Source: the human T2T-CHM13v2.0 reference genome, Homo sapiens
Direction: 5' to 3' (one strand)
Assembly (NCBI RefSeq): GCF_009914755.1
Contig: NC_060940.1
DNA length: 64,000 nucleotides
The stretch's first letter is position 1; each line of letters starts with the position of its first letter. This document shows positions 29,340 to 43,269 of this stretch, one piece after another. The notes under the pieces were generated by a model that made no database searches, was not told where the DNA came from, and was given only the letters and a program-made list of their open reading frames with translations. Position numbers and translations under genes: made by a program.

Positions 29340-30116
29340 CACTTCTGCCTCCTGCTCCATGTCCTATCTAAGGTCTGCCGTCCAAAATCTAAATGCCTGA
29401 GTCCCAAAATGTGCCTCTCCTGTAACAATACAAGTGTCACACGTTTGGGTTGCCGGAGACCCCAAAACCCAATACAAATTGCCTCAAGCAAAAAATGGGA
29501 ATTTATGGGTTCATGTAATTCGGAAGTCCAAGAATGATCTGGCTGGCTTCAGGTATAGCTGGATCCAGGCATTCAAATCATGTCCCCCCACCCCCACCCC
29601 AACACCCTCAGTCTAGTCGTTTTCCACACTGGCTCACCCGCTCCATCTCTTGGTTCTGATCAGGTCTTCTCCACACTGGAGAAGAGTTGGTTTCCGTTCC
29701 TCCTCCTTGTGGCCCACCTTGGCCCACCTTGTGGCCCTCCTTGTGTCTAACCTTGGAAGTTAGACAGTCCCAGCAGAGAGAGTTTCTTCTTCCAGCTGCA
29801 GCAGAAGTTCCACGATGGGCTCTGACGGGCTGACCCGGGGCAGGTGCCTAACTCTGGACCAATCTCTCAGGCCCACCTGCAACTTGGGGTGAGAAGACAG
29901 TGCCACCCAAACCACCTGGATGGAGAATGGGGGAGAGGTACTACCCTGATAGCAACACGCTAGAGGCTCACAGCCAGGGCTCCTGGGTTTTGGGGTCTCC
30001 GGCAACCCAAAACGTGTGACACTTGTACTGTTACAGGAGAGGCACATTTTGGGGCTCAGGCATTTAGATTTTGGACGGCAGACCTTAGATAGGACGTGGA
30101 GCAGGAGGCAGAAGTG
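29340..30116. repeat. Inverted duplication: arms 29340-29471 and 29984-30116, 512-bp spacer
   Basis: Direct reverse-complement comparison shows 3 transitions and 1 indel. Confidence 0.95.
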
Positions 30117-30600
30117 GCCACCTCCCCGGGCACTCTCATTACCATGGAAGGCTTCAGGTCACAAGATGTTGCAACTTTCCCACAGCTCCCTGTGGTTGCC
30201 AGGGCACATTCGGTCTCTGGGTAGGGCAGACTGGCACTGCCAGGGAGTCAACCCCCAGGAGCGGCCCTCAACCAATGATGAATGGGTGTTGGCTGATAAA
30301 TACCCCAGCTTCCTCGCCCTTGTGTGGTGCAACCAAGACCTGTTCTACCAACTGTCCCAGAGGCCCCCAGCAGGATTGAGCCCCTGTTGCCTACAGTATA
30401 GACTTGCTCACTCCTGCACTCTGCACAGGCTGCCTTCCCTCCCTGTCCTCTACCAGTGCTTCCTGGGGCCGCCTCCCCAATAAAGTACTTGCTCTCACCT
30501 CCTTGTCTTAGTTTCTGCATCTGGGGAATCCTAGCCTAAGACAGGGCTGTTGCTAGAAGAGAGACTGGATGTCGGGCAGGCAAAGAAAATCAATAACACA
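29435..30600. mobile_element. Old MLT1(J/K/L)-like LTR with a nested LTR16-like element (~29947-30543)
   Basis: ggcttcaggtatagctggatccagg and gctgttgctagaag...gggcaggcaaa MLT1 pieces; LTR16-type end ccaataaagtacttgc...cctaagaca. Confidence 0.55.
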
Positions 30601-30687
30601 ATGACAAATTAAAAAGAAATTACAGGCTGGGTGCGGCAGCTCATACCTGTAATCCCAGCACTTTGGGAGGCCCAGGCGGGTGGATCA

Positions 30688-30966
<279 letters not shown>

Positions 30967-31317
30967 TCACCTGACCTGGGACCCCTCTAACTTTGCTGTG
31001 ACAGGCCCTCTTCAGGTACTGCTGCCTCTGGGCCTGGATTCCAGTGCACAGGACTGTCACTTTTCCAACTTAGCCGCCAGCACAACAGAGATGTCCCCTC
31101 AGAGGTCATGGTTCTCAGGCCAAGGGTCATTTCAGGATGGTCATCATGGCCATCATCGTGGCCGTGGCGTCAGACTGAGAGTGATCCCTGTAGATTCCAG
31201 GATCTGCAGCCAGGCTTGGGAACTGCTCTTAGGAATACACCTGAATGACTCTAAGGCGCCTGACTTTGCATCTCCTTTTTAAGAGGCAGAGCCCGTTTCC
31301 CTTCTCCCTGAATCTGA

Positions 31318-31518
<201 letters not shown>

Positions 31519-32373
31519 TGAGTAACTGGATTACAGGCTCCCACCACCATGCCTGTTTTGTATTTTTAGTAGAGACGGGGTTTTGCCATGTTGGCCAGGC
31601 TAGTCTCGAACTCCTGACCTCAGGTGATCCGCCCACCTCAGCCTCCCAAAGTGCTGGGATTACAGGCGTGAGCCACTGCACCCCCGCCCTTATTTATTTT
31701 AAAATCTCTTGACTTTTAAACATGGGTAACTAATTTAAATTCTATAAAAATACTGTGAGGAAAAACTAAGCCCTGGTCATTCAAATTATGGTCAGGGGCC
31801 AGGCGCAGTGGCTCGAACCTGTAATCTCAGCACTTTGGGAGGCCATGGCAGGAGGTTGACTTGAGGCCAGGAGCTTGAGACCAGCCTGGGCAACTCAGTG
31901 ACACCCCTTCTCTGCAAAAAAAATTTTAAAAATTAGCTGGGCATGGTGGCATGTGCCTATAGTCCCAGCTACTTGAGAGACTGAGGTGGGAGAATCACTT
32001 GAGCCCAGGAGGTCAAAATTGCAGTGAGCCGAGATCGTGCCACTGCACTCCAGCCAGGGCAACAGAGCGAGACCCTGTTTCTAAGAAAGACAAGAAGTGT
32101 GGTCTGGGGACCTGAAGCATCAGCATCGTCAGAGAGCTTGTTGGAAACGCAGAATTGCTGGCCTCACCCCAGGCCCAAATCTGCATTTTAACAAGATCTC
32201 CTCGTGACCTGTGGCATATTAAAGTTTGATAAGCACTGGATTAAACAAGCAGGGAACAGGACTTGGCTCCAGGATGCCGTTGTGACTTCTGTTTCAGGAT
32301 AAGCCACACCTGCTAAGCCCTAGCAGTGACCTAAGTCCATGATTCAGAATCCACACACCACCTGGTGGCTCCT

Positions 32374-32392
32374 TTTATTATATCAATTTATT
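32374..32392 (-). terminator. NAGPA: NAGPA polyadenylation signals (two AATAAA)
   Basis: tttatt on + at 32374-32379 and 32387-32392, ~590 nt past the stop. Confidence 0.8.
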
Positions 32393-32976
32393 CAAGTGAT
32401 TAAAAAACTTCTTGGCAGCAGGATGACAAAACAGGTCTGTAAACATGATCTCATCCCCCCATCCCTTCTTCCAAGGAGCTTCCTATGACAGGAAATCGAA
32501 TTCTAGTTGGCAAATCCAGTGATGAGGTCTGTAGAAAAGGGGTCCCGTGTCACAGCCAGGAAGGCAGACTCGTCCCTTTAACCCACTCCAGCCAGGGGTG
32601 CTGGCCAGGATGTGCTGTTCTGTCATGACGTGGTCACTGAGTCTGGTTCGTTGGCAGCCCCTTCCCCAGGAGGAGGGAGACTCTTTGGCAGTGCGGCAGC
32701 CCTCCCGGGGGCACGGGCTTCTCAGCAGCAGACACAGGCAGGCGAAAAGCAGGCAGCTGAGCCTCTCCAGCGAGCATGGTATTGCTAGGGTTGCAGGTGC
32801 CCTGGCAGGTGGCCAGGTGAGGGGCTGAGGCACAAGTGCTATCAGGAACTTGGCTGCCCCACAGGGGCTGAGGACACCCAGATGGTCCACGCCAGTGGCC
32901 TTGAAATTTCCCCTGCAGAAGCCAGACCGTGGGGAAACAAGCTTTCGCGACGTGCCACCCCGGGCAGCTTGAGGCT

Positions 32977-33184
32977 TCAGTCCTTGAAGGGGTTGTGGGC
33001 GCCCCCTGGCTGCTCCTTCTCTGCGGCCAGAGGCTCCCCATTCATCTCCTGCAGCGGGTGGTATGCATAGTCCCCATGCAGGCGCCGGTTCCTCTCTGCT
33101 CTGGACAGGAGCAAGGACAGGTTTGCTGCAGTGCTGATCAGCAGGAGGAAGGCCAGCGCCAGGGTGAGGGCTAGCCAGGCGGTC
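32977..33184 (-). CDS. NAGPA: NAGPA exon 10: TM helix and cytosolic tail with YHPL and NPF sorting motifs, TGA stop
   Basis: ctgcag| acceptor; the ten exons sum to 1548 nt = 515 aa + stop. Confidence 0.97.
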
Positions 33185-33392
33185 CTGCAGACAGGAGAGA
33201 AGCCCCAAGTGGGGGACTGCTGGGTGGGCTCAGGGCTTGGGTAGCACTGGAGGGGCTTCCCTCTACCCGGCATAGATAGCACTAAATCAGGTGCCTCCAG
33301 GGACCACACAGGGAATGTTATGAGCAAAATGGACTAGGTGGGGATGGGGCAACATTTAAGACATGTGCAGGGAACAGCAGAGGCAGTCATGA

Positions 33393-33803
<411 letters not shown>

Positions 33804-34633
33804 TGAGGCTTAGGCGGGCGTATCACTTGAGGTCAGGAGTTCAAGACCAGCCTGGCCAACATGGCGAAATCCTGTCTCTACTAAAAATATGAAAATTAGC
33901 CGGGCACCTGTAATCCCAGCTACTCAGGAGACTGAGGCAGGAGAATTGCCTGAACCCAGGAGGCGGAGGTTGTGGTGAGCTGAGATCGCACCACTGCACT
34001 CCAGCCTAGGCAACAGAGTGAGACCCCGTCTCAAAAAAAAAAGTTTAAAAAAATGTGAATGTTACTGATTTTTAGATGCTGCTGATATATTTTAACTTTT
34101 TAAAAATTATGTAAGCCAAATAAAACACAGCTGGATGCTGGGCATGGGGGCTGGGAGGCCAAGGTGGGAGGATCACTTGAGCCCAGGACTGTGCACCTCG
34201 TCTGTGCAAAATAGTGAGATCCTATCTCTAAAAAACAGTAAGAAATAAAATTAGCCGGGCATGGGGGCACGTGCCTGTCGTCCTAGCTACTTGGGAGGCT
34301 GAGGCGGGAGGATCGCAGTGAGCTGACTGTACTACAGCACTTCTGCCTGGGTGACAGAATGAGGAAACCTCCTGCCCCCACCCTGGGATCTCATCTAGCC
34401 CAGTTTGCATTCTGAGCTCCAGTGGGGGATGCTGACAACAGAGGCTGGGCACTCGAAGGCCCTGGGCTCTGCTCCAGGGTCCCCAAAGCAGACAGTGGGG
34501 AGAGCTGGTCCCGCTTCCTCTAAGGCAGGGAGCTGGCAGGGGACAAGGGCAGAGATGGACCTCACAGGGGAAGGGTGCGGGAGAGAAGGGGGATTCCTCC
34601 CGCCCTGGCCCCAGCTCCCACAGAAGCACCTAC

Positions 34634-34697
34634 CTGGTGAAAAAGGAGAGTTCTCCCGCCCTCAGGGTGGCTTCAGGTGGCTGGAGACACTGCTTTA
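34634..34697 (-). CDS. NAGPA: NAGPA exon 9 (VKQCLQPPEATLRAGELSFFT)
   Basis: ttacag| acceptor, AG|gtaggt donor; 64 nt, phase 1-2. Confidence 0.94.
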
Positions 34698-34776
34698 CTG
34701 TAACATACCAGAGACAGGCTGAAGGGGCCGGAGCAGGAGCGTCTGCCCATACCCCTCCCCTTGGAGGGATAGGTAC

Positions 34777-34878
34777 CTCTGGAGACGCTGCAGTTGCCAG
34801 TCTTGGGGTCACAGGGACAATGGTGCTCACACTTACAAGGCCTCTGGCAGCCCGGCCCATGCCAGCCAAGGGGACACT
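34777..34878 (-). CDS. NAGPA: NAGPA exon 8 (ECPLGWHGPGCQRPCKCEHHCPCDPKTGNCSVSR)
   Basis: ccatag| acceptor, G|gtacct donor; 102 nt, phase 1-1. Confidence 0.93.
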
Positions 34879-35337
34879 CTATGGAAAGGAGATGGGAGGA
34901 GGGAGGAGAAAGGTTGGGGCCTCCAGTGTCAGAGCCTTTCTCGACAGGACAGGATACCTGCCCCTGCCCATGTGTACAGAGCCGGGCTAAAGGTGAAGCA
35001 CCCCCTGCCCTCCCTGGACTAGCCCCTGAACGTGACCTTATTTGGAAGCAGAATCTCTACAGAGGCACTGCAGTTAGGATCTCAAGATAAGACCGTGCTG
35101 GATTTGAGGTGGGCCCTGGAGCCAGAGCCCGGGGACCCTTGTTTTAGCCGAGCCCTTTGTGGAACGGGCCGCAGCAGCCACAGGGGAGTCACACAGTGAT
35201 GTGCAGGTGAGGCCGGGGCAGAAGACAAGAGGCAAGCATTTCCCAGACCAGAAGGTGGAGACAGAAGCAGCAGAGGAGCAGTGGTGGCTGCCGGGGGCCA
35301 CCGTCTCCCCATCCGCTAGTGGCGTGGCAGCTCCTAC

Positions 35338-35385
35338 CTTCACTGCAGTTGGACCCGGTCCATCCGGCATCACAGCGGCAGCCGG
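35338..35385 (-). CDS. NAGPA: NAGPA exon 7 (TGCRCDAGWTGSNCSE)
   Basis: ggcag| acceptor, G|gtagga donor; 48 nt, phase 1-1; EGF CxCxxGWxGxxC. Confidence 0.94.
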
Positions 35386-35471
35386 CTGCCGAGACAAGAC
35401 CGGGGAGGCCAGGTGAGGGCCTAGGGCAAGGCAGGGCTGGGCAGAGCCCCCTCCCCAGAACCCCCACTCAC

Positions 35472-35677
35472 TCTCCGTGCACAGTCCGTGCTGGCTGCAG
35501 TTAGAGGGGCCACAGTCCAGCTCATCACAGCCGGGACCCCGCCAGAAGTGCCCGGTGCATTGGCAGTGCCCGTCCACGCAGGTCCCGTGGCCGTGGCAGT
35601 CAGGCGGCTGGCAGCGGGGTTCGTGCACACACACCACGGTGGACACTTGGCGGGGACAGCGCCACATGTTGTCCTGG
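35472..35677 (-). CDS. NAGPA: NAGPA exon 6 (QDNMWRCPRQVSTVVC...GLCTE), EGF-like
   Basis: tacag| acceptor, A|gtgagt donor; 206 nt, phase 2-1; Cys-rich. Confidence 0.96.
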
Positions 35678-36371
35678 CTGTAGAGGGATGTGATGTGTGA
35701 GGAGAGGACACCCCCAGACGGCCCCTCAACTCCCTCCAGGCTGCCCCCAACCACCCCTCTCTCCATTCTCACCTGTCTACCTACCTACCTACAAGATGGC
35801 GTCTATCTATTTTTGAGATGAGGTATTGCGATCCTTCCACCCGAGCCTCCTGAGCAGCTGTAACCGTAAGGTGTGCACCATCACGCCTGCCTAATTTTTT
35901 TTTATTTTTTCATAAAGACAGGGTCTATGTTGCCCACACTGGTCTTAAACTCCTGGGCCCAAGCGAACCTCCCACCTCGGCCTCCCAAAGCACTGGGATT
36001 CCAGGCGTGAGCCCCTGTGCCCAGCCCTCTCCAGTCTTTTATAGGTTCCTCCGCTCCCTACAATCCCTCCCAGCCCTGGGCCTTTCACATGTGGTGCCCT
36101 CTGCCCGGAAGGCTCTCCCACCCCCACCCAGCTACCACCTCCTTCAGATCTCAGTTCTTATTCTGTCATCCTCAGGGAGGTCTTTGCTGACCAACTGACC
36201 CTGCTCCTAGGCCTGGGTAGTACTGGCATCCTGGGGGAGGGACTGCAGCAATTTCTGCTCTCTTGAACCCCCGGGGCCTGGCACATAGCAGGCACTCAAT
36301 ATTGGCTGAATGAGACAGGCTGGGGCAGACCCGGACTTCAGCCCTCACGAAGGCGGCTCTCACGTGCTTAC

Positions 36372-36500
36372 CAGTGATCTGACGGGTAACTGGCCAAGGT
36401 CCCGTTGAGCACAAAGGTGGCAGAGCCACCCCCATCCAGGTTGATGGCGTTGACCACGTCCTGTTTCAGCAGGAACTCCGCCATTTCCCACAGGTTGATG
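36372..36500 (-). CDS. NAGPA: NAGPA exon 5 (INLWEMAEFLLKQDVVNAINLDGGGS...PSDH)
   Basis: ccgcag| acceptor, TG|gtaagc donor; 129 nt; NLDGGGS catalytic motif. Confidence 0.96.
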
Positions 36501-37876
36501 CTGCGGCACAAAGCGGCGCTGCTCAGGCTCAGCGCCCACCATCATTTCTCATTTAACTCCTTTTCCTTCCACAGTGCAGAGCATCACGCCCACAGTGCAG
36601 GCACATTTCTAAGTGGCCCCCGCCCCCAAGCATGTCTCATCCTAGCCCCCGGAAGCTGTGAACACGTGAGATCACACCCATGCCTGTGCTGTTACATGGC
36701 ATAGGAATCCTTAAGGGAGGGGAAACGGCCCGGAGGATCTGGGTGCAGCCACTGGAATCACAGGAGTGTTCAACACAGAGAGCCTTCTCTGGCTGGTGAC
36801 AGAATAGGAAGTGAGATTTGAAATACGAGGGGGATGAGAGGGTGGCCGGACAACTGGGGGAGAGGACACACATGGGAAGGAACCTGGGCAGCTTGAAGGA
36901 GCTGAGGTCCCAGATGGCGGCCAGCAGGGAAACCAAGACCTCAGTCACAACTGAGGAGGCGACGGGGATTCTTCCAACAACCTAAACAAGAGGATTCTTT
37001 CCAGATAAGAGAAGAGCCCTGCCTAACCAGCATCTTGGTTTTGTCCATGGGACACCCTGAACATAGAACATTCCAAGTTGACCAGCCTGGCCAACATGAT
37101 GAAACCCTGTGTCTACTAAAAATACAAAAATTAGCCAGGTGCGGTGACTCACGCCTGTTAATTCCAGCACTTTGGAAGGCCGAGGTAGATGGATCACCTG
37201 AGGTCAGGAGTTCGAGACCAGCCTGGCCAACATGATGAAACCCCATCTCTACTAAAAATACAAAAATTAGCTGGGTGTGGTGGCGGGTGCCCGTAATCCC
37301 AGTTACCTGGGAGGCTAAGGTGGGAGGATCACCTGAACCTGAGAGGTAGAGGTTGCAGTGAGCTGAGATTGCACCACTGCACTCTGGCCTGGGCGACGGA
37401 GTAAGACCCTGTCTCAAAGAAACAAACAAACAAAAGAACATTCCCTGCTGAGTGTTGCTAAATTTGTGCTGGTTATGCAACCAGAGCAAACCAAAACACT
37501 CTCTTTACAGGGGCTAGAAATGAGGCTCAGGGAGGCCGAGGGACTTGTCTACGGCATAGGTGGGTAGACAAGTCATCGATGGCTAAGCTGGGATTGGAAC
37601 CAAGATCTTCTCCCTGCTCACTTTGTGACCATTTCCTTGTATCCTATCTAGGGTTCAGGAAAGGTGAGGCCTAAAGCTGAAGATGATGAGTTCTTGGAAT
37701 CGGCAAAGATCTCAGAACCCTCATCCTGTGGGAAGGTGAGGGGGCCCTGGGAGGGGGGACAGATAGGTGTCAACATCCCAGAAAGCAGGTAGAGTCAGAG
37801 GGTGGCTGTCATTGGGTCAACGTTCCTCCTAGCAGGACTGAGCCCCGGCCGGGGGGCCTCAGCTCCCAGGACTCAC

Positions 37877-37985
37877 CCACGCTGCTCCGTTTGGCCGTCT
37901 GCATGAAAGAGCACCAGCTGCCCTTTCCGGTCGTGGCCAATGGCCGTCCTGGCTGATATCACATTCACAAATTTGCTAAAGGAAC
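37877..37985 (-). CDS. NAGPA: NAGPA exon 4 (GSFSKFVNVISARTAIG...QTEQR)
   Basis: ttcag| acceptor, GG|gtgagt donor; 109 nt; RTAIG motif. Confidence 0.96.
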
Positions 37986-38179
37986 CTGAAGGAAAAGCAG
38001 CCTGGCTGATCACCGCCCCTTGGGAGGCCTCCTGCTTCTTGCCTAACTCCACTTCCCACTGGTCTGAGCTACCTGGTACCTCCCTGGGAAGCACAGCAGC
38101 CTCCTTGCTCGTCTCCCTGCCTCCCCTCTGCACATCCCAGTCTCCCCAGGGCAGCCGGGGGGTCTCTTCTTACAGGTAA

Positions 38180-38721
<542 letters not shown>

Positions 38722-39236
38722 TAGCTTACTGCCCACTCTAAAATGGTCATGGTATCCTGTCCCCATCCCAGTATTCTGCATCCCAGTGGTTCTCAACCTT
38801 GAGTGTCGGTCAGAGTCACCATGGAGGCCCGTTAAAACATAGACTCTTGGGCCTTGCCTCTGATTCTGCAGGTCTGAGGGTGTGGGGCTTTGAAACAAGC
38901 TCCTGGGCCACGCCGATGTTGCAGGTCCATGAAGATTTTTTTCTCTTCACTTTTCTCTTCCTGTACCCACAGCTCCGGTCCCCATCTCTCCCCTTTCCCC
39001 TAACTTTATTTTTGTTTCTGAGCACTTATCAATTCTTTTCAGCATATTCTATAACTATTTTTTGTCCTATATATTCAATATAAGCCTATCTTCCTCCCCA
39101 TGAATCCCCAGTACCCAGAATAGTGCTGGGCACAAAGTAGCTGCTCAATACTTGTTGAAAGACTTAAGAACAGCTCCGCCCAGCCCACTGGTCCTGGTTC
39201 TCGAGAGGGTTGTTGCCAACAGCCTCCCCATCCAAC

Positions 39237-39376
39237 CTGTCTCCTGTGTCTCGTCACACTCTGTGGCTTGGCTCTCGTTGATGTAGATGCTTCCATTACG
39301 AATCAGCCACACGACCCCACTCAGCAGCTGCACAAATGGGTTCTCAGTGTCCAGCACCTCCTCCTCAGACAGGTAC
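39237..39376 (-). CDS. NAGPA: NAGPA exon 3 (YLSEEEVLD...DETQET)
   Basis: tccag| acceptor, ACAG|gttgga donor; 140 nt, phase 2-1. Confidence 0.95.
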
Positions 39377-39852
39377 CTGGATCCGGGGAAGGTGGGAAGC
39401 TCACTCACCAGCAGGGGCAACTGCAGATAGTCAGGCTCTTTCTCCCTAGCCATCCCAACCTGGCTGCTAGATTCCCCCTCATGCCCCAGGAACCTCCTGG
39501 GGCCTGAGTGTAGCTGGGACAACTTAACAGCCCTAGGAATCTCCCTGTTGTCAGAGCTGAAGCTGGACAGGGTTCTGACAATACAATCCCCACAAGCCTT
39601 TGCAAACAGTCTGTTTCATTTAACAGAAATGACCATCCCCCAACAGAGCTCAAATCCATCTATGGCCCTCAATCCCCAGGCCATACCCAGCCCAACTACC
39701 ACTTGATCCCTGTTACGGCCCGTCATTGGCTTCCTTGTTTCTCCACTGCTCTCTCCCACCTGGTCCCACTCAGGATCAGTACAAGCTTTATCATCAACAA
39801 ATACTTTTTTTTTGAGACTCAAATAATTTTTAAGATAATTTTAAATAATTCA

Positions 39853-40326
<474 letters not shown>

Positions 40327-40765
40327 TCACTTAGTGATTCATCTTCAAGTTCCCACTCAAAGGTCACCTCGGAGAGGCGTGTTCCAGATCACCCTCCGTA
40401 AAATCAACACTATTTACAACGGGTTCACCCCGTTGGTTGCTTTGCTGCACACACAGCAATCAGAATGTATGTTAGCTATTTACCCGGCTTTTGTTGATTT
40501 TTCTAGTAATGGGGGAGGGCTGTTAAGGCAAAGACTGTGTTGTTCACGGCTATCTCACCGGGGCGCGGCACATTGCCTGATACAAGCAAGTGCTCAATGA
40601 TACTGGATGATGAATAAACTCTGCAAGGAAGCGATTCCTATCCCCATTCTGCAGAGGAGGAAACAGGGGCTCAGCTTGGTTAAGTGACTTGAACACGGAG
40701 GCACGGCTACAACCCAAATCTCAGGCCCTCTGCCCTCGACAGCACGGGGCTCCCTGCCTCCTCAC

Positions 40766-41221
40766 CCGGTGACCAGGGTCCCGTCGCGGCGGATCCCGAA
40801 CTGCGCGTTCTGCAGCCCCCCGGAGCTGCTCACCCGCCGCTCGTCGCTCACCACGTTCCCCAGGCACTCGCCCGAGTTCATGCGGAAGAAGCCGCCGTTC
40901 TGGGCGACACGGCAGTCGGCCGCCCGCGCCGTCTCCTCCACGGTGGCGCGTCGTCTCGCCGCGCAGCCGCCGGGCCCACCGGGCTCCAGCACCGAGAAGG
41001 TGCGCAGGGGCTCAACGGCCCGCGTCAGGTGGCCGGCCACCGCGCGGTCCCTGAAGTGCGACACGAAGGTGCGCACGGCCAGACCGCCGGCGCCGGGAGT
41101 CGCGGGAGGCGGAGGCCAACTCTCGTGCTCGCGGTTGCCGGCGCGCACCCGTGTGCAGTCCCGGGGGAGGCGCGCGCGCGCGCGTGGATAGGGCAGTAGC
41201 AAGTCGTCGTCGCGGGAGGCC
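40766..41221 (-). CDS. NAGPA: NAGPA exon 2 (GASRDDDLLLPYPRARARLPRD...QNGGFF...DGTLVT); propeptide furin site and catalytic-domain start
   Basis: ccgcag| acceptor, GG|gtgag donor; 456 nt; NGGFF motif of the NAGPA/DUF2233 domain. Confidence 0.97.
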
Positions 41222-41321
41222 CTGCGGGGACGGGCGGCCGTGAGCTCAGGGGGCTGTCCTCGTGAGCTCGGAGGACAGGGGGGACCCCCCGAACCAGGCT
41301 GGCCCAGGGAGCTGCACTCAC

Positions 41322-41407
41322 CCCGAGTCGAGGCCGCCGGACGCTTCCCAGAGGAAGCCGAATAGTGCAAGCCGGAGGAGAAGCCAGCGACCCGTGGAGG
41401 TCGCCAT
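41322..41407 (-). CDS. NAGPA: NAGPA exon 1 (MATSTGRWLLLRLALFGFLWEASGGLDS), signal peptide
   Basis: Strong Kozak aatATGg; GG|gtgagt donor; 86 coding nt; hydrophobic signal sequence. Confidence 0.95.
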
Positions 41408-42318
41408 ATTGGACCGGGGCCTCGGGTCATGTGGGCTCGCCTCACGTGACTCAAGTCCCAGGGTGGCCGCTTTCAGCTCGGACTGAATTACCTGCGCTCT
41501 TTTCGGCTGGCGGGCTGGCGGGCGGTGCTGGTGATGTTAACTTTTTATCTCCAGGTAATCTCAAACCTACAGGAAGTTGCAAGGAGAGCATAAAGAACTC
41601 TCGTAGAACTGTTATTCATGTTTAGCAGTGGTTTAGGCTTGCCTGATTTACTCAATCATTTGTACTTTTTTTTTTTTTTTTCCTGAACCAATGGCAACCA
41701 AATTGCAGATGTCATGATCCTTTACCCCATACCTCGCCATGAATCTCCTAAGAACAAGGGCATTTTCTTAACCACAGGGCAAATATCATTAGGACAACTC
41801 CCATTGACATTTCTGTGATGTCATCCACAGCTAACCTTCAATTGTCCCTCTAATGTCTTTTTTTTTCTTTTCCTTTTTGTCCGCCCCTGACCCTGTAACC
41901 CAGGAGTTGCTTTTAGTTGTCATGTCTCTTTGATCTCTTCATCTGGAAGGCTCCTCAGCCTTTTGTCTTTTACTACCTTGACATTTTTGAAGACAGCCCA
42001 GCTACATGATTTGTGTGACTCAATGCAAAATGAAAACGTGGGGACACTTACTAAAAAACCCAGAAAACTATTAAGAATTTCAAGATGGTCAGAGCAAATG
42101 GTTGCAGCAAGCCAGGGACCTTCTGAGTGAGCCCATGAAGCTGGCCCTGAGTATAGAAGCCAGTTTATTTTGTAGCATGTACTTCAAGCTTCCTTTGAGA
42201 GGATTCTTCTCTTCAGGCCTCCTGTCCCAGTGCAGTGTCCAGGGTTGGGTGGTGTCTTGGTGCCAGTGCAGTGCGTGGGCCATTCCAGGAGCCACGGCAA
42301 GTCTAATTGGCTTGATAC

Positions 42319-43269
<951 letters not shown>

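Larger units (their letters stand above)
40740..41530. promoter_or_regulatory. CpG island / NAGPA promoter with CLEAR E-box, M-box and YY1-like motif
   Basis: Dense CpG; ctcacgtgac 41441-41450; gtcatgtg 41426-41433; cgccatatt 41402-41410. Confidence 0.85.

Noticed and set aside
29705-29745. Three imperfect copies of ttgtggcccacc; also gggctgtgttta x2 at ~63775-63800
   Set aside because: Small slippage duplications with no spacers; not CRISPR-like.
32483-33208. 241-aa alternative-frame ORF over NAGPA exon 10 and 3'UTR
   Set aside because: It needs a phase-0 donor and no NAGPA exon ends in phase 0. Skipping exon 9 enters the third frame and stops after 4 codons. No recognisable domain.
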